Of a stretch of 46,899 bases of DNA, positions 1 to 7,250 are shown piece after piece. The notes beneath the pieces were generated by a model. That model saw only the letters and a program-made list of their open reading frames with translations, was not told where the DNA came from and ran no database searches. Numbering within the stretch: the stretch's first letter is position 1; every line of letters begins with the position of its first letter. Position numbers and translations under genes: made by a program. Source of the stretch: a virus. The DNA is taken from IMG/VR virus record IMGVR_UViG_3300028549_000214, one strand, 5' to 3'.

Positions 1-255
1 CTCCTGAGATAGGTAATCCAGATCATTGGTACGCTTGCATTCGTACAGATGATGAAGAAATTGTACTACCTGCAGATCATATAAGTACCTGCGATGAAGA
101 TGGTGCAAAAGTTGTTGGTATTTGGGCTTAGGAAAGAAGCGGGGTTCCGTTTCTATATTGTTTTTAGGTAGTTTAATCATGTCGAACGAAAACTGGCACT
201 TAGAGAAAAAATTTACAATATCATTTATTATGGCATTTATCGGTGCAGTTTGTTC
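1..255. repeat. Terminal direct repeat, left copy (identical to 46645..46899); defines a 46,644-bp genome unit
   Basis: Base-by-base comparison of window start and end: 255/255 identical, position 1 aligns to 46645. It contains the 3' end of the 46503..46775 gene (stop at 129..131) and the 5' end of the 179..514 gene. Confidence 0.97.
135..165 (+). terminator. Candidate rho-independent terminator after the tail-fibre operon
   Basis: AGAAGCGG-GGTT-CCGTTTCT stem-loop (8 bp including one G-U) starting 4 nt after the TAG at 129..131, followed by ATATTGTTTTT. An identical copy lies at 46779..46809. Confidence 0.35.
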
Positions 256-514
256 CGGTGTTTGGCATGTGGCTGAATTCAAATATCAAATAACGGAAAA
301 CACACATAGTATTGTTAGGGTTGAAGAAAAAGTAAAAAGTAACGAGGCTTACAGCAGCGCATTAACGAAAGATATACAAAAAATATTGATCGAGATTGCA
401 TCTTTACAGGCCACGGTAACGGGAAAAAACGAATATATAATGAGTAGTCTAGACGACCTAAAACAAAGCCAGTTGAGAATGACAACGGCAATAAACAAAT
501 TATCAAACAAGTGA
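179..514 (+). CDS. Lysis-cassette membrane protein (one N-terminal TM helix plus coiled coil; holin- or i-spanin-like)
   Basis: ATG at 179, in frame with the TTG at 122 in the ORF track but downstream of the previous stop and hairpin. TM segment FTISFIMAFIGAVCSGVWHV is followed by a heptad-rich C-terminus. It lies directly upstream of the endolysin. Confidence 0.55.
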   Translation: MSNENWHLEKKFTISFIMAFIGAVCSGVWHVAEFKYQITENTHSIVRVEEKVKSNEAYSSALTKDIQKILIEIASLQATVTGKNEYIMSSLDDLKQSQLRMTTAINKLSNK

Positions 515-523
515 GATTAAGAA

Positions 524-943
524 ATGAACGAATCTGGATTGAAGTTACTCAAACATTTTGAGGGTAAGAGATTAAAATCTTACCGCTGCTCTGCTAATGT
601 ATCAACCATTGGATACGGTCACACAAAAGGAGTTAAGGATGGCGACACATGCACAGAAGAACAGGCCGACGCATGGTTGCTAGAGGATTTATACGAGGCA
701 GAGAAAGTTGTTAAAAATAACGTTAAAGTTCCATTAAATAGTAATCAACATGCCGCTCTAACGTGTTTTGTTTTTAATGTCGGTGCAGGAAACTTCATAA
801 ATTCAACTCTTTTAAAGCTTTTAAATAGAGGATGGTATGAACAGGTTCCTGCTCAATTAAATAGATGGAATAAATCCGGAGGCGAAGTCTTGGGTGGACT
901 TGCAAGACGCAGAGAGGAAGAGGGGAAATTATGGAATTCTTAA
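524..943 (+). CDS. Endolysin, glycoside hydrolase family 24 (T4/P22-type lysozyme), soluble (no SAR or signal segment)
   Basis: HFEG..LKSYRCSANVSTIGYGHT aligns to T4 lysozyme E11/D20/T26 as Glu13/Cys22/Thr28, the known E-8aa-D/C-5aa-T triad. The tail NRWNKSGG..LGGLARRREEE is typical. Confidence 0.9.
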   Translation: MNESGLKLLKHFEGKRLKSYRCSANVSTIGYGHTKGVKDGDTCTEEQADAWLLEDLYEAEKVVKNNVKVPLNSNQHAALTCFVFNVGAGNFINSTLLKLLNRGWYEQVPAQLNRWNKSGGEVLGGLARRREEEGKLWNS

Positions 944-1437
944 TTATTGGCGGATTGTTTCGTAGGTATTGGGGTGGTTGGTATCAACCAAACGGAATAT
1001 TAAAGCGTGTAATGCTTGTTATGATAGCAGTTTTAACATGCTATTTAAGATTTGGTATGTCATGGATTGTTTTGGCAATTGCACCGTTTATCGTGTTTGG
1101 TTTTTTAATGCCAAAACATGGATACGGAATTAGCATGGGTAGATATGAACCTCATCCTTTATGGGCATGCATAACCGTCATGACAGCCCAGTATCTAGGT
1201 TTAACCGCATTGGCTGGCATCACTTGGGAATTTATACAACCTAACACAGGTGGCTTGATTTACGCATTTATGGGTGCATTAGTACCACTTGGTTATTATT
1301 TATCTTGGATTGTATGGGAAAGATTTAATCTTAAGCCTTGGGGTGAATATCCAAAGGGAAATGTCTTTATTGACGGCCCATGTGCTTACGCAGAGTTAAT
1401 TTTAGGAGCCACTTTACTTGGTGGTATTTGGGTGTAA
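931..1437 (+). CDS. Multi-pass membrane protein of the lysis cassette (function unknown; second holin/antiholin candidate)
   Basis: 168 aa with 4-5 hydrophobic segments. The ATG overlaps the endolysin 3' end and is preceded by a GAGGGG SD. The stop lies 1 nt before the next start. Confidence 0.6.
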   Translation: MEFLIIGGLFRRYWGGWYQPNGILKRVMLVMIAVLTCYLRFGMSWIVLAIAPFIVFGFLMPKHGYGISMGRYEPHPLWACITVMTAQYLGLTALAGITWEFIQPNTGGLIYAFMGALVPLGYYLSWIVWERFNLKPWGEYPKGNVFIDGPCAYAELILGATLLGGIWV

Positions 1438-1438
1438 C

Positions 1439-1858
1439 ATGGCTTTTGATCCGATAACGGCAGGAATAGACTTAATTACAACGGTAGTTAATAAGTTCTC
1501 GTCTGGTGAAGATAAGGCAAAGGCGATTCTTGAGATTAAACGCCTTGAGCAAGAAGGAGAGCTTGCATTTGTTGGCCATAAAATGTCGGCTATTCTTGCG
1601 GAAGCTCAAAGCTCAGACCCATGGACAAGCAGAGCGCGGCCAGCTTTTTTGTACGTGATATACATATTAATACTAACATCAATACCGATGGCCATTATAT
1701 ATGCGTTTGATAACACAATGGCGCAATCATTAACAGATGGATTTCATAAATGGCTTGATGCAATTCCAGATAAATTTGTCGATCTATTCGGCATGGGTTA
1801 CTTGGGATATGCGGGGGGTAGAACAGTTGAAAAAACTATGTCATCTTTTAAGAAGTAG
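1439..1858 (+). CDS. Holin-like protein resembling the 'holin of 3TMs for gene-transfer release' (DUF3154) family
   Basis: The ATG at 1439 is preferred to the overlapping 1418 start. N-terminal MAFDPITAGIDLITTVVNKF, a charged helix, then AEAQSSDPWTSRARPAFLYV followed by hydrophobic helices. Last gene of the lysis cassette. Confidence 0.6.
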   Translation: MAFDPITAGIDLITTVVNKFSSGEDKAKAILEIKRLEQEGELAFVGHKMSAILAEAQSSDPWTSRARPAFLYVIYILILTSIPMAIIYAFDNTMAQSLTDGFHKWLDAIPDKFVDLFGMGYLGYAGGRTVEKTMSSFKK

Positions 1859-2084
1859 ATTTATTCTTACGATCAAATATTTGTTGCATAAACTCTATAG
1901 CTTCTTCTTCTGAAATAAACCTGTTTCTTAATGCGCTTTTAATAACACGCATAGTTGAAGGACATTTATCATTTTCCAGTCTTGATAGATATTCTTGACA
2001 TATACCCATTTTTCCAGCAGCTTCTTTGCATTCCAAAAACTGCAAATATCTTCCGTTTCTTACTGCCAATCCAAATGATTTCAT
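1848..2084 (-). CDS. Small XRE-like helix-turn-helix protein
   Basis: 78 aa. AAGKMGICQEYLSRLENDK fits an HTH followed by the recognition-helix pattern. Last gene of the leftward early operon; its ATGA overlaps the dcd stop. Confidence 0.5.
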   Translation of the reverse strand: MKSFGLAVRNGRYLQFLECKEAAGKMGICQEYLSRLENDKCPSTMRVIKSALRNRFISEEEAIEFMQQIFDRKNKSTS

Positions 2085-2614
2085 TTCTTAACACCGCTCA
2101 CAGTTAAATCACCATTGTACCTACCTCGCTTTGCATAACTCTTTTCTAGCGGAACTGGTCTATGCCTATAGAAACACATTTGACCAATTTTATCACCTTC
2201 TTGTATGCTTATCGTGTGGTATTGTGTATCGTTTTTAAGCTCAAGAGTTAGACAACCATTCCAGCCAGAATCGCAGAATCCTGATGTCATATGATTTAAC
2301 CCTATCCGTCCTAGACTTGACTTCAGCTTGTATTCTGCACTTATATTCAACGGTAGGTTGAATATCTGCTGCGTGTGGGCTAGGATAAACTCATTTGGCT
2401 CTAAATTGTACGGGAAAGTTGAAATAGACACTGTACGGCCATTTAAGCAGTCCCTAGTCCTAAGGGAAATTATCTCTTCATTTCTGGATTCTGTTATTAT
2501 GTTTTTACCAATTGTTAAGTCAATACTCGCGCTATTCACCATATCAGGTGTTACATTCGTAATAACTCCAAGATCTACCAATTCCATCAATTCAGTATAT
2601 GATAATAGGCTCAT
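2081..2614 (-). CDS. dcd: dCTP deaminase / dUTPase-superfamily protein
   Basis: 177 aa. SIDLTIG, LEPNEFILAHTQ, KSSLGRIGL, DSGWNGCLTLELKN and GDKIGQMCF follow the Dcd motif order (E. coli DPGW..LEF..IG). Confidence 0.8.
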   Translation of the reverse strand: MSLLSYTELMELVDLGVITNVTPDMVNSASIDLTIGKNIITESRNEEIISLRTRDCLNGRTVSISTFPYNLEPNEFILAHTQQIFNLPLNISAEYKLKSSLGRIGLNHMTSGFCDSGWNGCLTLELKNDTQYHTISIQEGDKIGQMCFYRHRPVPLEKSYAKRGRYNGDLTVSGVKK

Positions 2615-2781
2615 TTTAATCTCTTGTTTTGTTGTTTTACATAATTTTCATTATGATGAATTGTGCAATATGATGATCCATGTTTCACTTTTTCGCCACA
2701 GATAATGCCATTTTTAGGATGACCGATAATCTCTCGGCATTGATCTTCTTTTGCATCAATTAAATATTTTGGTTTTTCCAT
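2611..2781 (-). CDS. Small Cys/His-rich protein (56 aa, putative zinc ribbon), below the ORF-track cutoff
   Basis: Hand translation: MEKPKYLIDAKEDQCREIIGHPKNGIICGEKVKHGSSYCTIHHNENYVKQQNKRLK. The ATG lies 1 nt after the upstream stop, and its TGA overlaps the dcd ATG (ATGA). Confidence 0.5.
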   Translation of the reverse strand: MEKPKYLIDAKEDQCREIIGHPKNGIICGEKVKHGSSYCTIHHNENYVKQQNKRLK

Positions 2782-2782
2782 A

Positions 2783-3073
2783 TTAAAACCCCACTAATAT
2801 ACATTTAGGATCATTTGCGGATTTAGATCCTAATGCTTTACATGCTTGATTTATGGCTTCTGATTTTATTTTAGATTGAACTTCATCTTCATTCCATTCC
2901 CAAGAACCAGTTTTATAATTGTGTCCAGCAAGACCAATCTCAACGGCTTCTTTTTGGAACTGATTTACACCTAAATAGTAACCAATAAGCATCCCGCCTA
3001 TTAAAATATAAGTCCACCATAAGCGGCGTAATGATGCTTTGATAAATCCTTCTTTTTCTTCATAGCTTTCCAT
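2783..3073 (-). CDS. Hypothetical single-pass membrane protein
   Basis: 96 aa with TM LWWTYILIGGMLIGYYLGV; tightly packed in the operon. Confidence 0.55.
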   Translation of the reverse strand: MESYEEKEGFIKASLRRLWWTYILIGGMLIGYYLGVNQFQKEAVEIGLAGHNYKTGSWEWNEDEVQSKIKSEAINQACKALGSKSANDPKCILVGF

Positions 3074-3244
3074 AGTCTTTACTCCTAAGTTGTTTCTGAT
3101 TTAGATGTTATACATATCAAATATTAACAAATAGTTTCATCTTTTTCTTTTTCTTCGTATTCCTCAAAACTTCCATCTTCGTATTCAAGGATTTTACTAT
3201 TTGTATTTGGACACACATTCACTCTTTTGATTACCTTCATAATG

Positions 3245-3460
3245 TCACCTAAGCTCTTCTGGTATGCGTCTATATAAAGCGGCACATGTGTGCCCACTAA
3301 AACCTAATCTACTGCCTATACAGTCAAATAACAGACCCTCGCGGCGCATTAATACCATCCTACAAATTTCTTTAGCTGTTACATAATGAGAATTAACGCT
3401 TTTTCTAATCGTAAAATTCTCATAGTCTTCTGGCTTAGGTTTGTATATGGAATTAGTCAT
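3245..3460 (-). CDS. Hypothetical protein with a possible C-terminal HTH (sigma region-4/LuxR-like)
   Basis: 71 aa. REGLLFDCIGSRLGFSGHTCAALYRRI resembles an HTH. The call is weak. Confidence 0.45.
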   Translation of the reverse strand: MTNSIYKPKPEDYENFTIRKSVNSHYVTAKEICRMVLMRREGLLFDCIGSRLGFSGHTCAALYRRIPEELR

Positions 3461-3587
3461 AATTTATATCCTTATAATGTTTCATAAACATATCACAGTC
3501 ATTATTCTGTATCTTTGATGCCGCTAAAAAACCAATTGCGACACCTCCGACAATAATTCCTACAATAAGACCTAATAAAAACATCAT
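3453..3587 (-). CDS. Small membrane peptide (44 aa), below the ORF-track cutoff
   Basis: Hand translation: MMFLLGLIVGIIVGGVAIGFLAASKIQNNDCDMFMKHYKDINYD. ATGA overlap with the upstream stop; its own stop overlaps the next start. Confidence 0.4.
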   Translation of the reverse strand: MMFLLGLIVGIIVGGVAIGFLAASKIQNNDCDMFMKHYKDINYD

Positions 3588-3907
3588 TTCAAATCATCCT
3601 TTATTGCTTTTGCAAATTGGCGAAGAGCATTGTCTAAATGAGCAAGATTGCATCCAACAGATCCAACCCCACGATTAACAACCTCATATATTTCCACGCT
3701 TACATTAAGAATAGCATCATCCAAGTTTTGCTTTTTCTCTTTTATGTCTTGAGTGCAAACTTTTTTGTTTTCCACATGTGAAGCTTTATCGGATATTTTC
3801 AACAATTTTTCAGCACATTGTATATATTCTGACCGCATTTCACGAAAATCATCATCGAACAATTCACAAATATATTTAGCGACTGGCAAAATCCTTTGGT
3901 CTTTCAT
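3584..3907 (-). CDS. Hypothetical protein
   Basis: 107-aa ORF, translationally coupled on both sides. Confidence 0.55.
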   Translation of the reverse strand: MKDQRILPVAKYICELFDDDFREMRSEYIQCAEKLLKISDKASHVENKKVCTQDIKEKKQNLDDAILNVSVEIYEVVNRGVGSVGCNLAHLDNALRQFAKAIKDDLK

Positions 3908-3986
3908 TTTCTTGTCCTTTCTTTTTTGTAAGAGATATACCCATATTTTTTGTAAGAGTGAGACCCGTCAAAATTAGTCTTTTCCA

Positions 3987-4259
3987 TCATAACCTCAATC
4001 CTTTATCATCCCTGTAGATGCGATTAATCATGTCGTCGCATCTTTTGATATATTCAGGATTATTTTCACGAATTGCCTCATTCCTTTGACGTATCGCAAA
4101 CAGTATTTCCTTTTCAAAATACGTGGACGATTTGGGTTTAGGCGCAGTAGTTTTTTTTGCTTTAAGCCAGTCCATCATTAGCCGATTATAAGGCCCTTCT
4201 TGGCGTCCAGCTTGGATAGCGTCTTGTTTAGCGTCGATTATTTTTCTAAGTGTTTCCAT
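3987..4259 (-). CDS. Hypothetical protein
   Basis: 90-aa ORF within the operon. Confidence 0.55.
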   Translation of the reverse strand: METLRKIIDAKQDAIQAGRQEGPYNRLMMDWLKAKKTTAPKPKSSTYFEKEILFAIRQRNEAIRENNPEYIKRCDDMINRIYRDDKGLRL

Positions 4260-4462
4260 TTTGCTGCTCCCTTAAGCTTAATACGATGAAACTCTCTAGT
4301 TTTAGGCTCGTATCTAAAGTCACGGCGCGTTAATTCAGAAGCTATTCTGTAAAGCTCCTCAACGCTATCATTGCTAAACGGCATGGCTATATCAAGTATT
4401 TCTTCCGCATGGTAGCAGTCTTTCAACATACCACGCTTTGCTTTCATGATGCTCTGTTTCAT
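4238..4462 (-). CDS. Hypothetical protein
   Basis: Start moved to the ATG at 4462 (MKQSIMKAKRG), which is preceded by a GGAGG SD. 74 aa. Confidence 0.55.
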   Translation of the reverse strand: MKQSIMKAKRGMLKDCYHAEEILDIAMPFSNDSVEELYRIASELTRRDFRYEPKTREFHRIKLKGAAKWKHLEK

Positions 4463-4479
4463 TTTGTAGCCTCCATTAA

Positions 4480-4812
4480 TTATTTGTCTGTTAGTGCAGT
4501 TACATAATACCAAACCTTAATGTTTCCAAAGTACACACCTTGCATCGCAAGCTCAGGGTCTTCATGCACCCACATTTTACCGTTGAACACTAAAACATAT
4601 CCGCCATCAGGGAGCCACTCGTGAAATATTCTTATCTTTGTGCCTTTTATCCGTTTGGCTTTACAGTTACCAAGCTGTCTTGTTATGTCAAAATTTCTTA
4701 CACGGAAAGGATTAAACCAAGTCCGGTAAATAATAATGAGTGATATGTTTCGACGCACTCCCCTAAAATATGTTATGAAAGATTGTGGTGCAAAATTAAA
4801 CACGCTCTTCAT
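4480..4812 (-). CDS. Hypothetical protein
   Basis: 110-aa ORF within the operon. Confidence 0.5.
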   Translation of the reverse strand: MKSVFNFAPQSFITYFRGVRRNISLIIIYRTWFNPFRVRNFDITRQLGNCKAKRIKGTKIRIFHEWLPDGGYVLVFNGKMWVHEDPELAMQGVYFGNIKVWYYVTALTDK

Positions 4813-4827
4813 TTTATTTACCTTTCT

Positions 4828-5211
4828 TTATCTCTTTACACAACGAACAAGATAATTATTGTGCTTACCGTTGGTGTTCGGGTGTCCGCGACTGAATATC
4901 ATGGCGTAAGCGAAAGTGTCATTGTACGCCCGCGACGACCAATAGTATTCATCTTCATTTAAGTTTGGTATTTTGTCTTTATTCTCGCACACAATATCAA
5001 GTTCGAGTTGTGTGGGCAGTCTCCATTCTTTATCTGACCCTTCAGGCCCGAACTTCTCCATAGCCTCATGCCACGTCATTTCTTCAGGCTCATCGTGAGA
5101 TTTAACCAAAAAGCCAGCAGTGGCAGGTATTTCAACGGTTTCGATCTCTTCTTCATTAATCATTTCTAAGATTTGCAGCAAACGTATTTTTATCTTTTCT
5201 TCTTTTGTCAT
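4828..5211 (-). CDS. DUF1566 (Lcl C-terminal domain) protein
   Basis: Start at the ATG at 5211 after a GGGAGG SD. MTWHEAM..WRLPTQLEL..YYWSS..FAYAMIFSRG..NNYLVRCVKR matches the DUF1566 consensus closely. Confidence 0.75.
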   Translation of the reverse strand: MTKEEKIKIRLLQILEMINEEEIETVEIPATAGFLVKSHDEPEEMTWHEAMEKFGPEGSDKEWRLPTQLELDIVCENKDKIPNLNEDEYYWSSRAYNDTFAYAMIFSRGHPNTNGKHNNYLVRCVKR

Positions 5212-5212
5212 T

Positions 5213-5431
5213 TTAAATCCTCCCTGTTTTACGTTCATTTAGTCCAAGTTGTGAAGCTCTCAATCTTACAGCTAATGGTGATACTAAAAAATGCTCTGAT
5301 ATTTTGCTAACATCATTAGAAACATTCTTTATAAACCATTTGAAATCATCCTCAGGCATCAATAACTCACAAGCGAACTGATTTGCTTCTTGGTCAATTT
5401 GGCTGTATCGTTTTTGACGTTTAACAACCAT
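5213..5431 (-). CDS. ImmA/IrrE (M78 peptidase, DUF955)-like C-terminal fragment lacking the HEXXH motif
   Basis: 72 aa. QEANQFACELLMPEDDF..ISEHFLVSPLAVRLRASQLGL is the conserved C-terminal half of ImmA/IrrE. No HEXXH occurs in this ORF or upstream. Confidence 0.5.
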   Translation of the reverse strand: MVVKRQKRYSQIDQEANQFACELLMPEDDFKWFIKNVSNDVSKISEHFLVSPLAVRLRASQLGLNERKTGRI

Positions 5432-5508
5432 TACTTCAAATCATCCCATTGTTTAAGGGCATCGTCACATTTATAAACTGTCCACTGTTTTACGTCACAA
5501 CATACGCC

Positions 5509-5688
5509 CTAATGCTTATCGGCAATACCACGTAATGCCTCCGCCATCTTTTCAGCGGCCACAAGGCGCTTTGCTATTCTCTCAATTCTAACCTCTCTAT
5601 CAATATCCTCGCTCCCGAACATAGGAGAGTTTTTAACAGAGAATGATCTAACAAAGTCTGCATCAGTCGTTTGTTTTTGTTCTGTCAT
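5509..5688 (-). CDS. Hypothetical 59-aa protein ending at an in-frame amber codon; the frame stays open for 25 more codons
   Basis: Hand translation: MTEQKQTTDADFVRSFSVKNSPMFGSEDIDREVRIERIAKRLVAAEKMAEALRGIADKH, then TAG at 5509..5511. The same frame continues GVCCDVKQWTVYKCDDALKQWDDLK to a TAA at 5431..5433 that overlaps the next ATG. Confidence 0.45.
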   Translation of the reverse strand: MTEQKQTTDADFVRSFSVKNSPMFGSEDIDREVRIERIAKRLVAAEKMAEALRGIADKH

Positions 5689-5910
5689 TTAAGCCTCCAT
5701 AAGTTTTCGGATTGCGTTTGCTCTGCAACAATAGGCATCAGGATCGTTGCACCCATACCTTGTGTTGTTTTCAATAAGCTTGGCTGCTTCCTCAAGCGCA
5801 AGCCTTCTCTCCTCACGTAACGCATCAATCAATACGTTTACGTTGTGAACACTTGTCGTGTGAGGTATTAGCGTGGCGCATCTTTCTCGCGCTCTTTCTT
5901 CTATCGTCAT
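5689..5910 (-). CDS. Hypothetical protein
   Basis: 73-aa ORF. Its stop abuts the next start, and its ATGA overlaps the upstream gene. Confidence 0.55.
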   Translation of the reverse strand: MTIEERARERCATLIPHTTSVHNVNVLIDALREERRLALEEAAKLIENNTRYGCNDPDAYCCRANAIRKLMEA

Positions 5911-6350
5911 TTTGTTTCCTTTATACTAGTTGCGAAGAGTGCTGTTTCATAACCGTGGCCATCCTTACAAGAACTATTAAATAAAAGCATCCATGGGGAA
6001 TCTTTGGATACGTAGCTCCAATCATCCCTATTAGCATAAAACTCAAGAGCCTTTACCATCACCTTATTCTGCGCTTCAATCTCTTTTATTTTGTTTTTCA
6101 TATCGTGCATTACAACGCTTTCTATTACTGCTTTACCATTCTCTTGCATTATATAGAAAGGCTTGGCGGCATGTAACTTTAAGGCTTCATTTTCAGACAA
6201 AAGCTCATCGATCTTAGCTTGCGCGGCGGATAGTTTCTCACACAAGTTATCAAGACAATATGCTATATTTATCCTTCCTTTCTCTTTGACTTCATACTCG
6301 CGAAGTTTTTCTGCGTATATCTTTGCTCTTTTTAATAATTCTTTACTCAT
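5907..6350 (-). CDS. Hypothetical coiled-coil protein
   Basis: Start at the ATG at 6350 (MSKELLKRAK) after a GGGGGA SD. 147 aa. Confidence 0.55.
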   Translation of the reverse strand: MSKELLKRAKIYAEKLREYEVKEKGRINIAYCLDNLCEKLSAAQAKIDELLSENEALKLHAAKPFYIMQENGKAVIESVVMHDMKNKIKEIEAQNKVMVKALEFYANRDDWSYVSKDSPWMLLFNSSCKDGHGYETALFATSIKETK

Positions 6351-6361
6351 CACATCCCCCT

Positions 6362-6673
6362 TTATTCTTTTCCAGCGAGTCCACAGAAACCACATGGTTT
6401 ATCTGGCTCCCCGTAGATTGCTGTTATGTTTTTTTTCGCTTCAACCAGTCCACAGGAATGTTCGGATCTATAGTTTTTTATAAGTTCAATAAAATCCATT
6501 TCTGAAACTGGATTGAAGGTACGCCAAGCCATACACTTTGATCCTATGCAGTTTCCGTTAAGACCGTGTTCTTGGATAAACTTTCCCCACTCAAGGCCGC
6601 CATTTTTTGCGGTGTCGCATATTCGCGATGATGCAAAAGGACACCATTTTTCTTTCGCTTCGTCTTCAGTCAT
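6362..6673 (-). CDS. Hypothetical Cys-rich protein
   Basis: 103 aa containing KWCPF..C..CIGSKCMAWR..C..CGFCG. This pattern recurs in small phage proteins of unknown function. Confidence 0.55.
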   Translation of the reverse strand: MTEDEAKEKWCPFASSRICDTAKNGGLEWGKFIQEHGLNGNCIGSKCMAWRTFNPVSEMDFIELIKNYRSEHSCGLVEAKKNITAIYGEPDKPCGFCGLAGKE

Positions 6674-6954
6674 AATTCACCTGCCTTTCTAAGCGCGTCC
6701 TGTGCGATTACATTCCCGTTGCTGTTGCCGTATTGATCGCCGTTGCCAAGCTTTGCCAGCTTTTCCAACGCCTCGACAAGTGCAGGATAGTTGTTAACGC
6801 AATGCTGGATGTAGGCTATGGCTTGCTCTTGGTCTTTCATTGTTAAGCCTGATAACGACTTAAACTTACCTTCGTACTCAAAATCTACCTCGAATCCGTG
6901 TGAATAACAAAGTCCTACTTGCCAAGGCATCGGCATTGTTTCTGGTGGTTTCAT
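6670..6954 (-). CDS. Hypothetical protein
   Basis: 94-aa ORF with an ATGA overlap to the downstream gene. Confidence 0.55.
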   Translation of the reverse strand: MKPPETMPMPWQVGLCYSHGFEVDFEYEGKFKSLSGLTMKDQEQAIAYIQHCVNNYPALVEALEKLAKLGNGDQYGNSNGNVIAQDALRKAGEL

Positions 6955-6983
6955 TTTAATTCCTTTCTTAGTTTCGCGTTACG

Positions 6984-7235
6984 TTATTCGTCTGTTGCAC
7001 ATCCAAATGTTTTAATTGGGCCAATTTTATCTATTCCTCGCATTAATGTTTCTCTGTATTCTCCGCGAGTAAAAATAACAAGTTTCCCGTCTGCGTCTTC
7101 CAGCCATATACAAGCACCTCCGATTCCAGCTTTTTGAGCAGCTTCCCAATAATTATAAGAAGCATCCAAAAGTGTTTGGCCTACCTTTCTTAATTCTTCA
7201 ATTGTGAATAACGGGTCTTTATTAGGTATGCTCAT
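6984..7235 (-). CDS. Hypothetical protein
   Basis: 83-aa ORF with an AAGGA SD. Confidence 0.55.
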   Translation of the reverse strand: MSIPNKDPLFTIEELRKVGQTLLDASYNYWEAAQKAGIGGACIWLEDADGKLVIFTRGEYRETLMRGIDKIGPIKTFGCATDE

Positions 7236-7250
7236 TTTCTCATCCTTTCT

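Noticed and set aside
122-178. TTG-initiated N-terminal extension of the 179..514 gene (ORF track 122..514)
   Set aside because: It would overlap the preceding gene's stop codon and run through the terminator-like hairpin. The ATG at 179 gives a typical N-terminus just before the TM helix.
2328-2705. 125-aa plus-strand ORF
   Set aside because: It is antisense to dcd and the 56-aa zinc-ribbon ORF, and lies in the wrong orientation for the operon.
5509-5511. Genome-wide TAG stop-codon reassignment
   Set aside because: TAG is used as a bona fide stop with normal gene-junction geometry elsewhere: 1856..1858, 33377..33379, 45548..45550 and 46773..46775. ORFs are otherwise uninterrupted, so only a local nonsense or read-through event is plausible.
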